64,000 nt of DNA from a virus. Positions 38,301 through 48,900 of this stretch are shown in pieces. The stretch is taken from positions 1 through 64,000 of IMG/VR virus record IMGVR_UViG_3300017527_000515; one strand, 5' to 3'. The notes below the pieces were generated by a model. That model saw only the letters and a list, made by a program, of their open reading frames with translations, had not been told where the DNA came from and did not search any database. Each line of letters opens with the position of its first letter. The stretch's first letter is position 1. Position numbers and translations under genes: made by a program.

Positions 38301-39489
38301 AATCCTCATCATTGGTGAATTCATACTCTTTCCAAACGCTTTCTGGCCATTGGGGCTCACCAGTCACAGTAAAGAATGTAGTTTCTTCACCCGCGAAAGC
38401 GCCTGTGTTTGATCCTCTGAATGAAAAATCCCTTGGGCTTTTAATATCATTTGCTGGATGCATTCTAATCTTTTGTATCTGCTTCTGTGCTGCAAACTGA
38501 TACCCTATCCACACGGGATATGTGGGTGAATTTCCAGTAGACCAACGACTAGTATAAGAAGTATTGTTATCAAATGCTTTAGAAGGAGTATAACTAAGGG
38601 CATACTCACTGCCTTGCGGCGTGCCCCCAGTACATTCATCAGAACCATATGTAAGTATAGTTTTGGCAAATATACTACCTGATATAGTATCTAGATAATA
38701 ATTATTTGGATCGCCCAATGCTCCTGATGGAGTACCTTCACCATTAAGCCAGAGTGTTCCAGCAGGAACCTCCACCCATTTGGTACCGTTAGCTTTAGAA
38801 TATAGGAATTTACCCTCATCATAAGTAGGTGGTGTGTCTGTTAACTCTAACAGCGTAGTGGCTTTAGTGTCCACATAGGATACAGTGGCCATCTCAGTAC
38901 CAGCCACAAATAGATTACCATTAACAGCAGTGAGTTCTACTTCTCCTATATATACTGTACCACTGGCTGTGTATATATCATTACAGTAGATGTCTCCCGT
39001 GCCAGAGATCGTTCCACTCCCAAAATCCCACGGCACGAAGTTATCGTAAGCAGCATGTGTGTGGTCATCAGTACCAGATACGGGTACAAATGCAAACTCA
39101 ACGCCGGATGCTGTAGCGCTGACCATCACAAATTGACCCTCTGATCCTGAGTACGTGGTTGGAGTATCAGTTAAGTTTATAAACTCAGACACTCCGGCCG
39201 CTATTATAGTACCACCACTGCCCTCTGACCCGTCATGATCGTGATCTGGTAGACTGCCGGTGGGGCCTTGAGTTATAACACTATACCAGGCATCTGTTAA
39301 AGAAGCGGTCAGTCCTGACTCATCTATTATTACTGTTGTATAAGGTGAGGAATAAGTTGACGACACGATAGTGGCGTACTTTACCCCGTCCAAACCACAA
39401 TCCAGCTTAACTCGTCTAGTCACAATAAAGTTAGTTGTCTCATTGCCTATGACTTTGAAGCTGTTAGCACTTACATAAATAGCATCCAT
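32353..39489 (-). CDS. Giant multi-domain tail fibre/adhesin (2378 aa)
   Basis: Seven F/LxxLxDTPxxY shaft repeats, one discoidin-like, four C1q-like, three RFNNDxxxNY..WxNT domains, and DUF2341+LamG. Confidence 0.8.
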   Translation of the reverse strand: MDAIYVSANSFKVIGNETTNFIVTRRVKLDCGLDGVKYATIVSSTYSSPYTTVIIDESGLTASLTDAWYSVITQGPTGSLPDHDHDGSEGSGGTIIAAGVSEFINLTDTPTTYSGSEGQFVMVSATASGVEFAFVPVSGTDDHTHAAYDNFVPWDFGSGTISGTGDIYCNDIYTASGTVYIGEVELTAVNGNLFVAGTEMATVSYVDTKATTLLELTDTPPTYDEGKFLYSKANGTKWVEVPAGTLWLNGEGTPSGALGDPNNYYLDTISGSIFAKTILTYGSDECTGGTPQGSEYALSYTPSKAFDNNTSYTSRWSTGNSPTYPVWIGYQFAAQKQIQKIRMHPANDIKSPRDFSFRGSNTGAFAGEETTFFTVTGEPQWPESVWKEYEFTNDEDFLYYRVFITAINSGGAEVHLSEIEMMELSSAEWDLLYMPTTASGGEAPGAEAFTDHNDTPNDYIDTIGKVLVSTGSGIDFSAHNINSVGTDYEALELVAEYSANDETLNVTLSGIQGNTDDRWVIECQYQATGTGGSATYLRFNNDTSTNYSMSWLGQISNGASGGAEDPYTYMSVANTVLNGYVASVNNLFLKSGKKRVSASQQWRYEVDEADHNNVLLTGIWDNTADEVESFTLSTTDDITGYVKIYKRTNVSLPIYEPDYIDTNIYVNELVQEWTLISGGIDQTFTWDGDVDDVVIFEVINAEIPGGSNVKLRFNNDSGANYDVGYVTQDGAVPVSNTSPGSTFFYLTNSYDYVETEKTTWYLKNTGQKRVILNNRSAQRSDDTDKWWSSNQGFFWDNTSDKITSFRLWTDNTDLTGTFRLYKRVNLQLPVASGISSDMASMSRAGAQSISSGAVQKVDFDTLEYNMGDIGDINNSKFVIKTAGKYLVTGKCNLDGLSGDLLTYIYVNGSPGAGAAHINNNTPTIVDILDLQKDDYLEYYIYHNHGSDRDTNTGSWEPKMSVVRLAEFTSSEGGGGGTSDVQTFLDLDDTPTSYAGEVGKYLQTTASGVEFVDVVPSGTIMHMTKMSRQASFSLPTGGADTKIPLDTIEFDAGGMANTTSGSVFIQRDGKYYINLKHRYGAIFTDQKESWLYLFVNGTSVALDIWEASGGGGYAPVELNTVLDLNEGDELELHMWQNTGSAQEVVTPEPPTISVVQLVEYASVDQGASLHMAKMTCNSGISMDSGVWYKVPFNGVDLNVGDIADTVNNRVTAKQDGKYLVTSTAERLTLMGDQDIITIAIRKNGVPIQTVGKRVAAATSVESLQITTLVDCVAGDYIDTYVRQEKGSTETAQFATHPARMSVIQMAENTGGGGGDLSDYVPWNFGTGTISGTGDIHCNDIYTSSGTVYIGDLKLSADGNDLLVNDAPVSTASGSSTFLGLTDTPSVYPDVVKQVVITIDHTKIDSTLTNFPLTVVLNSSLVFTELGANSKKFQILTEASQQCYTEIELWEEGSNKAVLHTKVPSISSVEDTVLRLVYSADLPDNTTYVGDVNSTPAEAVWDSDFIAVYNMAQSPAGGSLCIKDSTSNHNHGTPAGGMGGGDLVNGLVGKGIDFDGGDDEINIPYTSSQNLTTQLTLEALHKPDDFSIDGYQKIVVRGGANPAFDYFFQTGAGATGSTDNLLGGTYHPSSTSHSINISNAYVPEDVYYYSALTQNSGAMKGFHNGSHTTNASGETNFEVNTHTIVIGGEYSNSANGFDGVVDNIRISKIARTDAWIKATNFSLRNTLCTYEVTEVPFSGYLGANDAATALEFKLFPSYVESFLDLNDTPVTYSGTENQHLISTGSGIVWEELPESPTTFSGLTDTPDDYGETGQLLVSTGSGIDFVSAAAGGLGTSGARVYRSTTQSLPDGVYTPLSWDTTLRDDEGYWDVSNPTRLTAPSDGWYVFTAGFNTSSAPTSVRTKWQVNGTKILDFNRISGQGSNDARAHACTEYLNAGDYVEFLAYASDGSAVTGVAGPTDLSGNTGAIAKISGSYTEAPPAEGNWVLVATIEADNETFSESIPWDGDNWPRAKIESSWTKMTTVAPDTTFRLNNDSGSNYSVGLITQHGSSADGGSVLSGSDFRYCLGTPLATRQIFATTDVYLKSGGPRFVNCQDTVYDSANTDRITSTFAGYWSNTEDNVTSIDIAVANAVSCTIKVYRWRDITDIPVDKGKQSLQVEYATTSGIYINPGTIHMKDSYYGMYELNDRTEVTVSGLATDTWYYVYTNVSGSTSTLDSSNFTASSGIPTIDYPNMGYYDGDDRCIGVIYSTDSSEVLIFDLFAGEVVWRSAANPNGWQNPSDSETSTTLVVPPGWKCQAAATFLINNSNDNQDLYYRTDSTYGGHHVARQSSANSANVNSKPVLVNDDGTILIYFGSATPDGVYVRTDSFTLPDYIYTGA

Positions 39490-39500
39490 ACTTAACTCCC

Positions 39501-42500
39501 TTATAATCTTATGTTAAAATCGTCTACTGCTCCTGACAGTGTGGCATAATGAATTAGCTTGTCGAATTCTACAGTACTAAATTTGTCATTAGTAAAATAT
39601 ACAGTGCCGCTGCTTAAAGTAGAAGTTGGGTCGGCCCATATATTATTTATGTAGTTAGTATCTCCATCTAACACTCTCACGTTATAAGCTTCTTCTGAGC
39701 GCTCCACCATCTCCCATTCTGACATCTTAATCTTATCGTCAGCAGCGCGCCAATTATCAACACAGGTTAATTTGTATTGATAATATGACTTAAAATTATC
39801 AAACGAATATCTGCTCCACCTACCATAAGCGTAGTCTGTAAATGGAGTTGGTGTATCAGTGCTAGGCAATAATAAGTCCCAAGTATAGCCGTTGTTACTA
39901 GCACTTAAGGACACCTGCTTCGGGTAATAATATTCATTATCTGTAAAAGTCACTGGACGTAATCTTAGTTGGGATATCACTCTCTTACCCATTATAGGAT
40001 CACGTTCGTATAACTCCCATTCTTGTATGGCTATGTTGCCGCCATGTGTATTCAGAACATCTAATATATAATATTTGTAGTATGTAAGACCTGTACTAAA
40101 ATAGAAAACCTGCTCCTGCTCATTAGGTAAAGCTTCGCCTTCATATAGTAAAACTTTCTCATCCCAACCACTAAATCTAGGATTGTACTGAGAACCATAG
40201 AATTTGAAATCCTTGGCCATTCTACTAGTCGAGCCGGGGACAGCACGTATGGCGAGACATGCTATATCCTTAGTGGTATCAAACTTTATAGCTGCCCAAC
40301 CAGATGTGGTAGTAGTCTGCCAATAGTCTCTGTCGTGCACATCAGCATCATGGTCCGATAATTTAGACGCATTATAGAAATATACACTATTGGAACTATT
40401 ATAGTGTCTGTGATCAACACTGTTTATTGAATTCTCAGTTCTGCCAAAATCTATAGTTATATTACCTGTAGTAACAGAATCATCACTTATAAATACTGTG
40501 GATGGACTGCCAGTAGCATTATCCGACATTCTATACGGGTCCCCGCCCATGTCTGATAGGTGATGGAAATCCACATTCGTAACATCCGGGCCATAACTAC
40601 GACCGTCTAGCGGTTGGTGCCCAATATACTCATGATCTATATATAAATTGCTGGTATTTACTAATAGTTCTTTAGAGGGATCAAAGTCCCTTACTATCAC
40701 CCAATCTATTGCAACACCATTAGCTGAGCTCTGGTCTTCTCCGTATATTCTGAAGTTACTTACCTCTGTATTTCTATGTACCTTACGTTCCCAGCTGTCA
40801 TCATAATCAAATTCGCTTGAGTAGTGAGTTATTTTATACATTTCTACTTCTGGTAAATATGGGCTGCCGCCACTGGGGTATACTATTCTCCAATATAGAT
40901 ATGGAACGGTGTTATCAAAATTTATAATCCACTCATCTACAGCCGATGCTCCACTGCCGGGTACTACAATTATAAGATCCCATACCTTATCATCCCAGCC
41001 CGCTGCTGGATCATTTGAAGCCTCTATTTGATGATCATATATAGGCTGATTGCTCATATAAATTGTGATTCTGGTTATAGGTTGTGCTTCATCGAAATAA
41101 TACCCCCACCACATAGGTGCCTCAGAGCCTCCTATCCACTGTGTAGCAGGATCGCCGTCCACAGCCCGATAGGGTTTCCAATACTCAGGATGCCCTGTGT
41201 TATAGGATAACGCTGTAGCATGGCTGCTCTCTGTAGCCAAATCATCACTATATTGAGGAGTTGCCTCGCCACCTCGGTTAGTCATTCCCTGATAACAACG
41301 GTCGGTGCCTTCGTAATAACCAAAATATGTTTGGTTGTAACTATTTTCAATCAGGCCTTTATTGGTGCCGGGATAAGTTATATACGAACCGGCGTTAACA
41401 AAATCATGATATCTGTCAGTAGCGCCCTCCCAATAATAGTTAATACCCATTACATTTTCGCCGCCATAGCATCTGTATCTATGTGCTGCCACTGATGTAG
41501 AGGTGGGAGATCCTATTCCCCTAATGCCGTCTTCTATTATAAAAGTTCCTGGTTCAGTTAATGTCAAAACATCATCTGCAAAAACTTTAATCTCAGACAC
41601 TCTAATATTACTGCTTGTAGGAGCAAAACCAAACTTACCATTAAATCTAAAATAACGAGCTGTTAGGCCGGGAGCATCTAACACTAAGTCGATGTACCAG
41701 ACATAATCTTGTGCTCTCTGTAAAGGCATCTCCTGGTAAGAAAAGGTATATATAGCTGTCCAAGTACTATTATCATTGGACCAATACGGAGTACACCATG
41801 AAGTGTCATTCCAATATAAGTCTTGCGTTATATGCTCGCTATAGTTCCACCAATATACTCTTAATCTTTTAATGTTGGCTACTTCAGAACCCATATCCAC
41901 ACCCAGGTCGCAGCCTGGAGAAGATATATAAGAGTACGATGTGGTGCCTGAAGTTACTACACCGTCGATTAAACCAAGCTCGTTACCTCCCCAGCCACTA
42001 AAGCCGAGGTAGCAATTACCAGTATGCTGGTGGCTGCCCCAAAACGCATCTATAGGTCTTAATTCATATTCAAAGTTCAGCCAGCTGGATGACTGACCGC
42101 CTAAAACATCTGGTGATCTTATCCAGGCATCAGTCCCTAGGTTTATTTCAGAACTACTTATACTCCAACTACCACCATTTGAGGGCCACTTATTTACATC
42201 TAACGAGCCGCCCAGGAAATCATCTCCGAACCTAAACACTGGAGTAGAAACACTCTCAGCTTCATTGACAGCCATTAACGCTATTTTTTCTACTCTCCAA
42301 TAGACCTGTCCTTTGTCATTTACTATACGATACTTGGAGTACGAATTATCATTACCAAAGTAATACTCCCTATCGTAATGATATATATTATCTGTAATAT
42401 CTACTATTAAAACATCTTCACTGACAAAGTTGTCGTTGGACGCTCTTAACTCAAACCCAGCACCGTAGTAGCCAGAACCATCTCCCCTAGCCACCAGCTT

Positions 42501-43031
42501 AGTTATTCTCTCTGGAGCACTAAGATTACATTGTACCCACCCATCTTTTATTATATCACAATATGCGTCGGTGCCATCGAAAGCATTATCTGGTGAGATA
42601 GTACCTGGTGAAGACCCAGAAGTACTAGCTCCCAACGCTAAATCATCAGTATAAATTATAGACCCTTCTGTTGATTCTCCTAGCAAATATCTTAAATCCG
42701 ACACGCCGGTATCATACTCAAATCCCCAGAAAGCATACAGTGTTCTAACCTCACCACCTAGTATTTCTGGCAACTTAAACCACAAAGTAGCTCTACGCTC
42801 GATGGCATTCCAATAGGCAATCCACATCTGTAAAACACCAGTTCCATTAGAGCTTTCGGCCAATCTAAAGTCTGTGCCGTCTGTCCTAGACAAATCAAAA
42901 TTGAAGTTAGTATCTGTCAAAATCAACTTCAACGGGATATACGTCTGCCTTTCGCCTGAGGGTTCAGTAACATAAATTGGCTGGCGATATTTATATAAAG
43001 AAGTATTCACATCTGAAGAATATTCAGCCAT
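39501..43031 (-). CDS. DUF2341 + multiple F5/8 (discoidin)-like domain putative virion protein
   Basis: NFNFD....DGTDFR...W.....LWFKLP; repeated AFDG/AVDGD..W, ASND/SNDN, Y.YYR..I, EWE[LM] motifs. Confidence 0.8.
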   Translation of the reverse strand: MAEYSSDVNTSLYKYRQPIYVTEPSGERQTYIPLKLILTDTNFNFDLSRTDGTDFRLAESSNGTGVLQMWIAYWNAIERRATLWFKLPEILGGEVRTLYAFWGFEYDTGVSDLRYLLGESTEGSIIYTDDLALGASTSGSSPGTISPDNAFDGTDAYCDIIKDGWVQCNLSAPERITKLVARGDGSGYYGAGFELRASNDNFVSEDVLIVDITDNIYHYDREYYFGNDNSYSKYRIVNDKGQVYWRVEKIALMAVNEAESVSTPVFRFGDDFLGGSLDVNKWPSNGGSWSISSSEINLGTDAWIRSPDVLGGQSSSWLNFEYELRPIDAFWGSHQHTGNCYLGFSGWGGNELGLIDGVVTSGTTSYSYISSPGCDLGVDMGSEVANIKRLRVYWWNYSEHITQDLYWNDTSWCTPYWSNDNSTWTAIYTFSYQEMPLQRAQDYVWYIDLVLDAPGLTARYFRFNGKFGFAPTSSNIRVSEIKVFADDVLTLTEPGTFIIEDGIRGIGSPTSTSVAAHRYRCYGGENVMGINYYWEGATDRYHDFVNAGSYITYPGTNKGLIENSYNQTYFGYYEGTDRCYQGMTNRGGEATPQYSDDLATESSHATALSYNTGHPEYWKPYRAVDGDPATQWIGGSEAPMWWGYYFDEAQPITRITIYMSNQPIYDHQIEASNDPAAGWDDKVWDLIIVVPGSGASAVDEWIINFDNTVPYLYWRIVYPSGGSPYLPEVEMYKITHYSSEFDYDDSWERKVHRNTEVSNFRIYGEDQSSANGVAIDWVIVRDFDPSKELLVNTSNLYIDHEYIGHQPLDGRSYGPDVTNVDFHHLSDMGGDPYRMSDNATGSPSTVFISDDSVTTGNITIDFGRTENSINSVDHRHYNSSNSVYFYNASKLSDHDADVHDRDYWQTTTTSGWAAIKFDTTKDIACLAIRAVPGSTSRMAKDFKFYGSQYNPRFSGWDEKVLLYEGEALPNEQEQVFYFSTGLTYYKYYILDVLNTHGGNIAIQEWELYERDPIMGKRVISQLRLRPVTFTDNEYYYPKQVSLSASNNGYTWDLLLPSTDTPTPFTDYAYGRWSRYSFDNFKSYYQYKLTCVDNWRAADDKIKMSEWEMVERSEEAYNVRVLDGDTNYINNIWADPTSTLSSGTVYFTNDKFSTVEFDKLIHYATLSGAVDDFNIRL

Positions 43032-43033
43032 TT

Positions 43034-45907
43034 TTACTCCGCATTCAGATACCAGTAAGCTCTAATTTTAGAGGTGTAATCACCAGTGTCCTGTGGATTC
43101 AAATACTGTACGTCTGACTTTAAATAATATCTACCATAATTCCCTGGATATATATTAGGTATTTCTATAGCACGTTGTGTGTAGATACCAGCTACTTCAG
43201 GAGAATTAGCAGAGTTGTCTGCACGTAAAGTTATTCTTACCTGGTGATACTGTTCATTAGAAAAATTATAATCTCGTAATGAGACTTTCTGCCACTCAGA
43301 ATGATTGGCCCACTGGCCATCTATTGATATAGGGAAATTAGAAGCGTGGTCATCAGTTAAATCATTATATACCTGTGATCTCACTCCGTACCTATTGTAA
43401 TCAAAAGTTCCCTTTGCGCCACCTTCTACCCTAGGGTAAGCCCAAGTTCTTAATATTCGCTTGTGCTCTTTACTAACATAACTAGCTTCTGGTGCTACAG
43501 ACGAACTGCCGCCAGATTGCTTAGTTATAACGCCGGAATCACACACTGTAAAATGAAACAGATCTGGAATCTCCACGCTGAAATACTCTGTACCGTCCGA
43601 CCTCAGATGTCTGATAACATACCCATCATGCAGCCAAAAACCATCTTCACCGTCACTATATACATAGGATGCAGTATCTGAAGGTATATCTATAGCTGTA
43701 ACAAACTCACCAGCATAGTTCAATCTTTGTAACACTGCGCCCTGTATGAACCAACAACCTCCGTCAGGCAGAGAAAATAACCCACGAACTTCATCTGTAG
43801 CTAAGTAAGAAGCTATTATACTGCCCGTTTTATCTATTTTAAATACGGTGGATAGATCCCTATCTGTATACCACAGTTCACCTGAGCTATCGTAAACAGA
43901 ATCCATGTCGTACAGAAATGTTCCTTGGGCGGCGGTGGCTGATCTCCTATATTGTCTGCTTAAAGAACTATTATAGTAGTCTAAGTAGTAGGAACCTCCC
44001 GATGCTCCATTTCTACTTAAATAAAAATATACCCAGAATCCACCGACATTATTAGGAGTCAGTTTATAAGTACTCCAATAACATGAATAATCGTAGTCAC
44101 CGTCTGATATTTTGAGACTAGTTAGGTTGCCACTTTTTCTTCTGATCCTAAACCATATCTCTGTATCACCGTAATATCCTGTGTAGTAAGGTTTGTCAAC
44201 TATATACTCATCTTCTCTTATGGAATCATACCAATATTCCCAATAGTTACTTGTTCGGCCCCATCTGCCCCAGTCTGAACTTGTTTCTGCTATGGACCCA
44301 TCAGCTGCCCATCTGTGTCTAGTAAATTTAGTTTCGGCAGTGTAATTTCCAGTCATTTCTATATACGACAATCTATCCATGGGCTTAGAATTAGAACTTC
44401 TAATCTCTATATTCTCTAAGGTGTCCTCATCATCAGTGGCTATTATAGACTTGGCTCCAGCAGTAGCGGTGTAATTCTTTATTACTTTCACATTATCTAG
44501 AGAAGTATTTCTAGTAACAGACATATTTTCTACATCCAGTACTATTTTACCGGTCAAATCTATGTCGGTATGTTGAGCTAATACATAAGTATACATCCAA
44601 TCTGGTTCGGGGTCCCCAGAAGGCCAGAATTTTAATCTAACATCATTAAATTCTCTCTGGAATTTAAAATCATACCAAGTATCTAGATTATATCTAGCCC
44701 AATCATTACCATAATAATCCCTCAGGTCCCAAATATGAGTTCCATTTATGTACCATTGAAAAATATCATACTCCGGGTTTCCGTTGTAATGGTTAGTGCC
44801 CGGACTAAATCTCAAGTATAATCCATCTGAAAAAGTCAGAGTACCACCATAATAGGTAGGCCCATAATATACATACGGCCATCTAAACTTAAAGGAGAGC
44901 ATAAAGTCCTGGCTGTAACTGACATCGTACTTCGTTTCTACAGTAGCAGAATCTGGATTAGTATGCTCATCGTATATATTTAAGTTGTTATTGAAAGTTA
45001 TGTTCACATTGTTATCACGAACTATAGTCCATTTTTCTCCGCCGAAGCTAAAATCATCAAAGAATGAGGTCTCCGGTAAGACAATGGGATACTCTCTAGG
45101 TATCATCACGTGACTAAGTCGTTGGTTTTCGTCTAAAAGAAGTACTCTGGTGGTATAAGTACCTTCGGTTTGCGCGGCAGAAAGTTTCAATAACCCAGCG
45201 TCTTCTTCTGTATTATCATACGTACCAGTATCCCATGAGGTACCGGCCGCTATCTCATCTTCATCCCTATACACCCCATACCATGGACCGGCGGATGAGT
45301 TAGATATAGATAGTATATCGTCAGCCACTGTGTCCTGGGGCTCTATTAAAACCTTAGCGTTGGCTCTTATAGGACCACTGTTGTATATAAACATGGTGTT
45401 TATTTCAGTGAGGTCATTCTCTAGAGATAGGTTAACATTATGATCTGTCTTATCTCCATCCTCACCAAAATCTACATAAGTGTCGTCGTTTAATACTTGA
45501 AAACCATTTACAGAGCCGCCTGCGCCGCTTATTACAGTATGCTCTACTCGGATATATCTAGGGGCATCGGTGCCGGACACTATCGTGTACCAGTAAGCAC
45601 CATTATAGTAAGTGTTTAGACTTATATACACATCAAAGCTTTCATTTTTACAGAAAAATTTCACGCCTGAAGTAACTGTGCTGATCGGCGCGACAGTATC
45701 AAAATGATAATTAATCTCATCCACATGCACTCTAGACCCAAGATCACAATCGAGTACTAGGGTGCCTGATACCGTGCCGGAAGCTGGGACTGTAACATTA
45801 GCTGAAGTAGTAGATATAAGCTGTATAACCTCATCAGTGGATAGTTCTATATTACCCTCTGTTGTGTTGGCTATAACCTGTGAATGTGTAGCTAAGTTAT
45901 ACTTCAT
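43034..45907 (-). CDS. Large putative virion protein (concanavalin-like + beta-propeller)
   Basis: FFDDFS..W...LDTWY..KF...LKFW...EP.W lectin-like domain; DGGCWF / EDGFWL propeller blades. Confidence 0.7.
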   Translation of the reverse strand: MKYNLATHSQVIANTTEGNIELSTDEVIQLISTTSANVTVPASGTVSGTLVLDCDLGSRVHVDEINYHFDTVAPISTVTSGVKFFCKNESFDVYISLNTYYNGAYWYTIVSGTDAPRYIRVEHTVISGAGGSVNGFQVLNDDTYVDFGEDGDKTDHNVNLSLENDLTEINTMFIYNSGPIRANAKVLIEPQDTVADDILSISNSSAGPWYGVYRDEDEIAAGTSWDTGTYDNTEEDAGLLKLSAAQTEGTYTTRVLLLDENQRLSHVMIPREYPIVLPETSFFDDFSFGGEKWTIVRDNNVNITFNNNLNIYDEHTNPDSATVETKYDVSYSQDFMLSFKFRWPYVYYGPTYYGGTLTFSDGLYLRFSPGTNHYNGNPEYDIFQWYINGTHIWDLRDYYGNDWARYNLDTWYDFKFQREFNDVRLKFWPSGDPEPDWMYTYVLAQHTDIDLTGKIVLDVENMSVTRNTSLDNVKVIKNYTATAGAKSIIATDDEDTLENIEIRSSNSKPMDRLSYIEMTGNYTAETKFTRHRWAADGSIAETSSDWGRWGRTSNYWEYWYDSIREDEYIVDKPYYTGYYGDTEIWFRIRRKSGNLTSLKISDGDYDYSCYWSTYKLTPNNVGGFWVYFYLSRNGASGGSYYLDYYNSSLSRQYRRSATAAQGTFLYDMDSVYDSSGELWYTDRDLSTVFKIDKTGSIIASYLATDEVRGLFSLPDGGCWFIQGAVLQRLNYAGEFVTAIDIPSDTASYVYSDGEDGFWLHDGYVIRHLRSDGTEYFSVEIPDLFHFTVCDSGVITKQSGGSSSVAPEASYVSKEHKRILRTWAYPRVEGGAKGTFDYNRYGVRSQVYNDLTDDHASNFPISIDGQWANHSEWQKVSLRDYNFSNEQYHQVRITLRADNSANSPEVAGIYTQRAIEIPNIYPGNYGRYYLKSDVQYLNPQDTGDYTSKIRAYWYLNAE

Positions 45908-45908
45908 A

Positions 45909-48900
45909 TTAAACTCCTATATCCCAACTTGTTATTATGCCAGCTGTTCTATCTTCCTTACCTGTCAGATCATTTGGAATGATAGATCTTACGTATATTT
46001 GTTCTGAATCACCGGCCGGAACTTTCTCAAAAAAGAACGGCAGCATTGCGTCTCCTACCTTATAATAGGTTACATTATCTTGTGATATTTCAATCATTTT
46101 GGCCGGAAGTAGTAGGTCACTACTGTTGGTTGTGAATGTATTATTCATAGAATCTGTGAAGTCTGATTTACAATAATTATATATCCTAAGATTAGACACA
46201 ACACTGTTAACAGATGTAGTTTTTAGAGAACTAGAATGCTCTACCATAGCCAGTGGAGCTTTACCACCTAGTGTAAATTTCCAAAGCTTTTCATCTGTAT
46301 AAGACCATGGGTCATAATTAGTGGCTACTAGTCCATTATTGAGATAAATTTTTAGTGAACTATTATCACCACCTAGATTTTGACCATTAGCAGAAAATGA
46401 CACTGCTATATGAAAGAGTGCATCAGAAGTACCAGCTATTAATCCTTTAACTGCCATAGCCCTTAGGTCTTCTGCCAGATTACCATAGTATACTATCAAT
46501 CCCTCGGTGTTTATCATACAACCAAACACATCGTTGGCTACGTTACCAAAGTGGAATAAAGATCTATTCCTAAATCTACCATACACATCCAGACCAGCAA
46601 AATCATAGTCTGTTCTGAGCCACATCTCTACAGTACCTGCTTTAAGATCCAACTCACTAATAGGAGTTTCAAAATAATCAGAGCCTGCTAGATAGAGGCC
46701 CGGACCAAACTTAGATTGATCAGCAAAATGGTTTCTACCTATAACACCGCCATCTATGCTCATACTGAAAGCCTCGCCCCTACCTTTAAATTTAATACCC
46801 CATGTCTTGAGAGTTGTATACTCAGGTATCTCGGGTAGTATTATAGAAAATGGGTCGGCATCTTCATTATATATGAACTCGTCGGCCTCTCTTAATCTAA
46901 AGAACGGGAAATTCCAACCAGTGTTTAGCACCTCAACTCCAGACAAAGTACTTAAATACCATCTATATTCTACGGGTTCTGGGGAATTTGTTCCGTCAAC
47001 CCCGCCAAAGAATACATACCCTTCACTTGTGTCCAGTTTGTCTATATCCTCTATATACCATCTAAATGTTAGACCGTCTCTCCACTCTATATCAGAGTCC
47101 ACACCCCAGTCAGACCCCTCTATGAATCTAACTGTGTCTAACGCTGAGGATGCCGGATAATCTATCTTTAACGCGCTGGTGCACATAGTTACTGGCATAC
47201 TGTAATCTCTAGATAACTCACTGATTGTAGATTCCCACCACCATGGATAATCTATGGGATTCTCTTTACTTTCAGATTTTATTATTAAGTGCTTTAAATA
47301 ATCCACACCATACGCTTGATCACTTGCTGGGGTAGTAGCATTAGGTGGCTCCATGTTATGATACGTAGCAGTATCTCTCTTAACTAGTACCCACTGTTCG
47401 TAATCAGGTGTTACACCCCAATCAGTAAACGCTATCTTTTTAGGATCTTGATGAATCTCACCGGACCAAGCATAATTGGAGGAAGAGTTATCCCAGTCCA
47501 TTACATCACTCTCGACATCAAACCCTACCATTTCGTGGCCTAGGATGTAAAACTGATCTCTAAGATTCACTGCTATTATAGGCCATTCCTCACTGCTTAT
47601 TAGAGAATATCCGTAGTCCTCAAATACCTGAATCTCCCTCATACAGGTACCAGACCATCTATAGAAGTTTATCCCATCCTCCTCTTTAATCATGAACTCA
47701 CTGTTGGCTTTATAGTCAGTAATATATAGTCTTATATATCTAGCAACAAATGACGATGCCTTGTCATGGGTTCTAGTAAAAGATGTGTTGCTTGTTATAT
47801 CCCATCTAGTGGTAAATGTCTGACCATCCAAAGAAGATTCTATTCTATAGTCAGTGGCCATGAAATCACTATCACTAGTGCTGTAGCCATGGTATAATTT
47901 AACGCGGTAGATGGTCTTCTCAGATCCTAAATCTACCAACAACCACTGCTCGGATGAATTATCTGACAACCACGCATGTGCCCTCTCGTTATCTATCACG
48001 CCGTCTGTAACATTGACAGGTAGATATGTACCTACTGAGCTAGAGCCAGTTACTGCGGCACCTAACGCTGCATTATTACCGGTGGAGTATCCAGTTACTG
48101 AAGGTCCTAGGTCTACCCACCCATTAGTATTATAACTATGATTATCTGGGGATCTCACTTCAGTCAAGTCTGGGTATAATCCCAGCTTCTTAATGTAGCG
48201 CGAAGTATTATCACCATTTAACATTTCTACCGCTATCCAACGTGCGTCATCATACCAACTACGTTTGACTACTCTATCAGCATAATTTATCTTGAAATCT
48301 CTCCAGTATATCTTGGTAGTTGGGTAAGCGTTATCGCACTTCAATCCTAATTGTAGTCTGAAAACATCTTTGCCTTCGGCATCATGTACTGGTCTATCAT
48401 ATAACTCGTGCCATGAACCATTCTGATAGTACATCACATAGAAATGAAAGCCCTCTCTTATAACTCTTAATCCGACATCACTACTACTTAGAGCAGTATG
48501 TGATGAGGAGGTTGAGCCGCCATCGTAAAACACAGCTTTAGCTCTATAATATGGATTAGCAGTATCAGATCTATATTCCATTCTGGCCGAAACACGGGTG
48601 GTGTCTGTGGTAGTATCCTGCCAGCTAGATAAAACTTCATCAGAAAACTGCACCATTAAGAAGGCCCACCATTGAAAGGTGCTAGGGGCATTTACCTTGC
48701 CGCATTTTATTTCTATATCGAAATCACCTCTGAAGCCAAAGTTGGAAGTGAACCTACCGTCGGTCATATCACTGTCTACTCGTTGCTCTAATCTACCATT
48801 GTGCATACTTAGATATTTAGTTTCTTGGCCTGTAACGCTGTTGCTAATATACCATCTATCTCTATCTATAGGTAGCCCGCCATACCCATAGAAATCATCA

